A stretch of 39,055 nt of DNA from Campylobacterales bacterium (GTDB taxonomy: Bacteria; Campylobacterota; Campylobacteria; Campylobacterales; Hydrogenimonadaceae), in the NCBI GenBank assembly GCA_027065635.1, contig JAMONQ010000090.1:1-39055 (forward strand), read 5' to 3'. A model generated the notes under the pieces. It saw only the letters and a program-made list of their open reading frames with translations. It was not told the origin of the DNA and made no database searches. The position numbers were made by a program, and so were the translations under genes. Shown one piece after another: positions 35,257-39,055 of this stretch (position 1 is the first letter of the stretch; every line of letters begins with the position of its first letter).

Positions 35257-36693
35257 ATGCGTAGATACCAGAACCTGGCTCCCCGCGTAATGGTGGTAGG
35301 TGATCTGATGATAGATCACTACCTCTGGGGAAAGACGGAGAGAATCTCTCCGGAAGCGCCTGTGCCGGTGATAGACGTACAGGAAGAAAGCGAGGTTCTC
35401 GGCGGCGCGGGAAACGTGATAAACAACCTTGTAGCACTCGGGGCCAGAGTATATGTCGCATCGGTCATAGGCGATGATGAGAACGGCAGGCGGCTTATTG
35501 GCATGCTTGAAAGCCTCGGTGTGGATACGGGTGCGATCGTGACCGACAGCATGCGCAAGACCACCAGAAAAAGCAGGGTGATAGCTTCCCATCAGCAGGT
35601 TGTGCGCTTCGATAGTGAAACACGTCAGGAGATAGGCAAGGGTGCAGAGGAGAAGATCACGGCAGCTTTGGAACGACAGCTCCCGGATGTCGATATCCTG
35701 CTCCTCTCCGACTATGGGAAGGGTGTGCTGGGCGATACGTTTACGCAACGGATTATTGCGACTGCGCGCAAAAGAGGAATAAAGGTGCTGGTCGATCCGA
35801 AAGGGCGTGACTACTCCAAATATCGCGGTGCTACTCTGGTGACTCCCAACAAAAAGGAGGCGAGTGAAGCGACCGGTATCGAGATTTCAGACGAGACCGC
35901 TTTGAAAGAGGCCGGCTTTCGGCTGAAAGAGGAGCTCGATCTTGATATGGCGATGATCACTCTATCTGAAGAGGGTATGGCCATCTTTGATGAGAGTATG
36001 CGCAAGATCCCGACAGTCGCAAAAGAGGTTTACGATGTCACCGGTGCCGGTGATACGGTTCTTTCGACACTTGGGTATGTACTTGCCTGCGGCGGTCAGA
36101 TCGACGAGGCGGCCCGTATCGCCAACGCCGCCGCCGCCGTTGTCGTGGGCAAGCTCGGAAGTGCCACGGCTACATGGGACGAGATCATAGCCTATGAGAC
36201 GACCCTTCATGAATCTACTACGGAGCATCGTATCAAAGAACGCAAGGCTCTTGAAGAGAGTGTACAAAGACTTAAAAACGAAGGCAAACGGATCGTCTTT
36301 ACTAACGGATGTTTCGATATACTTCACCTGGGACATGTCAAGTATCTGGAGGTGGCGAAAAGCTTCGGCGATGTACTGATCGTCGGGGTCAACTCCGACG
36401 CTTCCGTACGGAGGCTGAAGGGTGAAAACCGTCCTGTAAATCCGGAGTTTGACAGAGCCTATCTGCTTGCGGCTCTCGATGCTGTCGACTTTGTAACCAT
36501 TTTTGATGAGGATACCCCGTATGAGCTTATAAGGCTCGTAGAACCAGATGTGCTGGTGAAGGGGGGAGATTATGCCGGTAAAGAGGTGGTCGGCAGCGAT
36601 ATAGCCAAAGAGGTGAGGCTGGTCGATTTTGTAGATGGTAAAAGTACGACTAAAATAATAGAAAAAATCGGTAAAAAGGAGAACTTATGCTAA
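35257..36693 (+). CDS. hldE: Bifunctional heptose 7-phosphate kinase / heptose 1-phosphate adenylyltransferase (HldE/RfaE)
   Basis: VGDLMIDHY, RISPEAPVP, GGAGNV, SDYGKG, DVTGAGDT; C-domain FTNGCFDILHLGH, LVKGGDY, STT. ATG 35257 follows AGGGGG. Confidence 0.96.
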   Translation: MRRYQNLAPRVMVVGDLMIDHYLWGKTERISPEAPVPVIDVQEESEVLGGAGNVINNLVALGARVYVASVIGDDENGRRLIGMLESLGVDTGAIVTDSMRKTTRKSRVIASHQQVVRFDSETRQEIGKGAEEKITAALERQLPDVDILLLSDYGKGVLGDTFTQRIIATARKRGIKVLVDPKGRDYSKYRGATLVTPNKKEASEATGIEISDETALKEAGFRLKEELDLDMAMITLSEEGMAIFDESMRKIPTVAKEVYDVTGAGDTVLSTLGYVLACGGQIDEAARIANAAAAVVVGKLGSATATWDEIIAYETTLHESTTEHRIKERKALEESVQRLKNEGKRIVFTNGCFDILHLGHVKYLEVAKSFGDVLIVGVNSDASVRRLKGENRPVNPEFDRAYLLAALDAVDFVTIFDEDTPYELIRLVEPDVLVKGGDYAGKEVVGSDIAKEVRLVDFVDGKSTTKIIEKIGKKENLC

Positions 36694-37256
36694 AAAAATA
36701 TCTGATTGCCTCTTTTGCGGCACTTGTGCCTCTGATGGCGCAAAACAGTGCGGAGCTGAATCTCAACTCCAACGACATTGAAATTGCCGGGAGCTACCAG
36801 ACGGGACAGAGCTTCGCCTATGACGGTAGAAGCAGCAGCAACTATCTGCATGTTCGCTACCTCTACAGCGGTGAAAGCGGTACGGGCAACAAGCATCTTG
36901 GGGAAGTGGGATATCTGGCGACCGGAACTGTGGGAAGTTTTACAAGATTACGGTTCGGTATAGGAATCATGGCCTCTTTCGCCGACAACTATGCGGCTGT
37001 ACCTATCGGTTTGACGGTCAGGTATCAGGTTCCTGTGGAGTGGCCGGTAACCGTAAGCGGTTCGCTCTATGTAGCTCCCGATCCTTTGGTTTTCGAGGAT
37101 GGTGACGGCTACAATGCCTACAGGATCGGTGTCGAGTCACAGATAATACCAAATGCCTCGATCTACGGCGGATACAGAAATATCAATCTCAAATATGAAG
37201 ACGGAAGAGAAAACTTCAATGACGGATGGTATGCAGGTATCCGTTTCTACTTTTAA
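36687..37256 (+). CDS. Outer-membrane beta-barrel protein, YfaZ-like
   Basis: Signal peptide, AELNLNSNDIE, YVAPDPL.F, YGGYR, C-terminal WYAGIRFYF beta-signal. Confidence 0.72.
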   Translation: MLKKYLIASFAALVPLMAQNSAELNLNSNDIEIAGSYQTGQSFAYDGRSSSNYLHVRYLYSGESGTGNKHLGEVGYLATGTVGSFTRLRFGIGIMASFADNYAAVPIGLTVRYQVPVEWPVTVSGSLYVAPDPLVFEDGDGYNAYRIGVESQIIPNASIYGGYRNINLKYEDGRENFNDGWYAGIRFYF

Positions 37257-37265
37257 GGAGTGGTG

Positions 37266-37832
37266 ATGCTGACCGTTATAGAAAAGGAGCTCGCCTCTCA
37301 CCAAAAGACGCTGGAATCGGTGATAGAAGGGTTGCAGCACTTCATCTACTCTTTGGGTGTGATTGCTACCGAAACACTGGAGAGAGGGAACAAGATACTT
37401 CTTTGCGGAAACGGCGGCAGTGCCGCTGACGCACAGCATATCGCGGCGGAGCTTACAGGACGCTACAAAAGCGAGCGCCGCGCTCTGCCCGCTGTTGCGT
37501 TGACAACAGATACGTCGGCACTGACGGCGATCGGAAACGATTACGGATATGAGCATGTATTCTCCAGACAGGTTGAAGCACTGGCGCAAAAAGGGGATCT
37601 GCTAATAGGTATCTCTACAAGCGGCAACAGTCTTAATGTCATATACGCTCTTGAAAAGGCGCGCAAGATGGGGTGTAAAGCCGTAGGCCTCAGCGGCAAG
37701 GGAGGCGGCAAGATGAACGACGTCTGCGATCTGAACATCATCGTCCCTTCCGACGACACGGCCCGCATTCAGGAGATGCACATCCTCATCGGCCACATAC
37801 TCTGCCAGCTCATCGACAACGAGTATCGTTAA
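37266..37832 (+). CDS. gmhA: D-sedoheptulose 7-phosphate isomerase
   Basis: [47 protein letters not shown]; AAGGAG RBS at 37255-37260. Confidence 0.97.
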   Translation: MLTVIEKELASHQKTLESVIEGLQHFIYSLGVIATETLERGNKILLCGNGGSAADAQHIAAELTGRYKSERRALPAVALTTDTSALTAIGNDYGYEHVFSRQVEALAQKGDLLIGISTSGNSLNVIYALEKARKMGCKAVGLSGKGGGKMNDVCDLNIIVPSDDTARIQEMHILIGHILCQLIDNEYR

Positions 37833-38764
37833 AGAAGGGTTTTAGCCGCTGCGATCACATCCTGGGGCGTAATGTCGCGCATACAGGCGTGGGTTTTGAG
37901 GGGGCAGGTGCGCTTCATACACGGAGCGCACTCCATCTCTTTACGAACGATGGCGCTTTTTGGATTCATCCATTGTGAAGTCTCTTTATGTTTTGTCGGA
38001 CCGAAAAGGGCTACGGTAGGGACCTGGTATGCCGCCGCTATATGCATCGGACCGCTGTCACCGGTGATAAAGAGATCGACTCCCCCGATCGCTTCGCACA
38101 GTTGTGGAATCGATGTCTTTCCGGCAAGGTTTTTATAGTTTTTTACTCCCTCTTCTTGTAATTTCATTTCGATATCTTTTGCTATTTTTACCTCGTCCGG
38201 TCCGCCGAAGATGATGATATCATAGTTGGCCGAGAGTGAAGAGGCTACTTCGGCGAACTTTTCCGGGTACCACCGTTTGGCGCTTCCGTAGGTGGCGCCG
38301 GGATTGATGCCGAGTGTTGGCCGGTCGTAGCGCTTTGTAGGCCAGTGGAGTTTCAGTGCTCCGGGGGTATCGTTGCGGCCCGTAACATCATTGATAAAAC
38401 TCTGATATTTTTCGACCTGGTGGCCCTGGCCGACACCTTTTTTGTCGAAGAGTGCACGCCGCGGGCTTCGGGTCAGAAACAGCAGCATCTTCGAGGCGGG
38501 ATGGCTGCGGAAAGAGAGGGCCAGATCGTGGCGTCCCAGCTCTTTGGCGAGGCGGTAGAGGTTCAGCGGGCGCCATCCCCCCGCTTTTGTCCGGTCCACC
38601 ACCACCCGCTCGATGCGCGGATGGGCCTTTAGGGCTTCGGTGGCCACGTAGGATCCCACTACCGTGACGCTCGCCTCCGGATAGGCCAAAAAGAGATTTT
38701 CGAGTGCGGGTGTCGCCATGACGGCGTCGCCGAGCCAGGTGGGGAGTTCGACGAGGATTCTCAA
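37829..38764 (-). CDS. waaF: Lipopolysaccharide heptosyltransferase II (GT9)
   Basis: [53 protein letters not shown]...HACM. Confidence 0.93.
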   Translation of the reverse strand: MRILVELPTWLGDAVMATPALENLFLAYPEASVTVVGSYVATEALKAHPRIERVVVDRTKAGGWRPLNLYRLAKELGRHDLALSFRSHPASKMLLFLTRSPRRALFDKKGVGQGHQVEKYQSFINDVTGRNDTPGALKLHWPTKRYDRPTLGINPGATYGSAKRWYPEKFAEVASSLSANYDIIIFGGPDEVKIAKDIEMKLQEEGVKNYKNLAGKTSIPQLCEAIGGVDLFITGDSGPMHIAAAYQVPTVALFGPTKHKETSQWMNPKSAIVRKEMECAPCMKRTCPLKTHACMRDITPQDVIAAAKTLL

Positions 38765-39054
38765 GGCTTTTGTACCGAAATCCCCAAGAAAGAGCGAATA
38801 CGTTCATAGAGGTCGATGGCAAACCCCATAACGGTGTAGATCTCCTCTCTCGAGGGCAGGGAATAGTTGGGATTGGGATAGCGATCCTCTTTATAGTATT
38901 CTGTTGCTCTGATCAAGAGCTGAATCTCTTCATCGCTTAGTTCAAAAGGTGCTGTCAGCTCCCATAAAAGGAGAAGATCGTGGCTTTTGGGGATCTTTGC
39001 GTTTTTGTTGGCCAGGATCGCTTTGAGTGATTTTTCGATACCCTGTTGAATATT
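38761..39054 (-). CDS. HEPN domain protein, C-terminal part (runs off the window end; not in the ORF track)
   Basis: Manual translation NIQQGIEKSLKAIL...IPKSHDLLLL...YKEDRYP...QKP* shows the HEPN QQ..EK.LKA, HDL and RY motifs; the TGA overlaps the waaF TTG. Confidence 0.85.
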   Translation of the reverse strand, partial: NIQQGIEKSLKAILANKNAKIPKSHDLLLLWELTAPFELSDEEIQLLIRATEYYKEDRYPNPNYSLPSREEIYTVMGFAIDLYERIRSFLGISVQKP

Positions 39055-39055
39055 G

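Overview
A gene-dense, mostly core-genome window from a Campylobacterota (epsilonproteobacterial) chromosome. Gene order resembles Campylobacter, and the roughly balanced GC suggests a free-living relative such as Hydrogenimonas/Nitratiruptor (inference). It carries ispE(partial)-csrA-truB-uvrD, a CysL-like LysR regulator, cysK, lnt, the long yajC-secD-secF-leuS-lptE-GGDEF-folC-M23-bactofilin-mfd operon, sixA, a ymdB-like gene, a MagIII-like glycosylase, an NlpC/P60 lipoprotein, dnaX, murI, rho, the cbb3 oxidase maturation genes ccoI/ccoS, and the ADP-heptose/LOS genes gmhB-hldD-hldE-gmhA and waaF. I found no rRNA, tRNA, CRISPR array or transposase. The most unusual signals are small insertions at operon junctions. 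(1) A four-helix-bundle (TIGR02436-like) gene between rho and murI is bracketed by oppositely oriented 7-bp repeat arrays and hairpins, and a second, apparently empty pair of inverted 7-mer arrays lies between hldD and hldE. (2) A REP/BIME-like palindrome mosaic between secD and secF is an open frame overlapping both genes. (3) A subtilase appears split into a separately secreted pro-domain-like protein and a lipoprotein catalytic domain. (4) A ferredoxin:thioredoxin reductase catalytic subunit plus a Dabb gene sit between ccoI and ccoS. (5) A HEPN gene overlaps the waaF start. All calls come from motif recognition by eye; no database searches were run.
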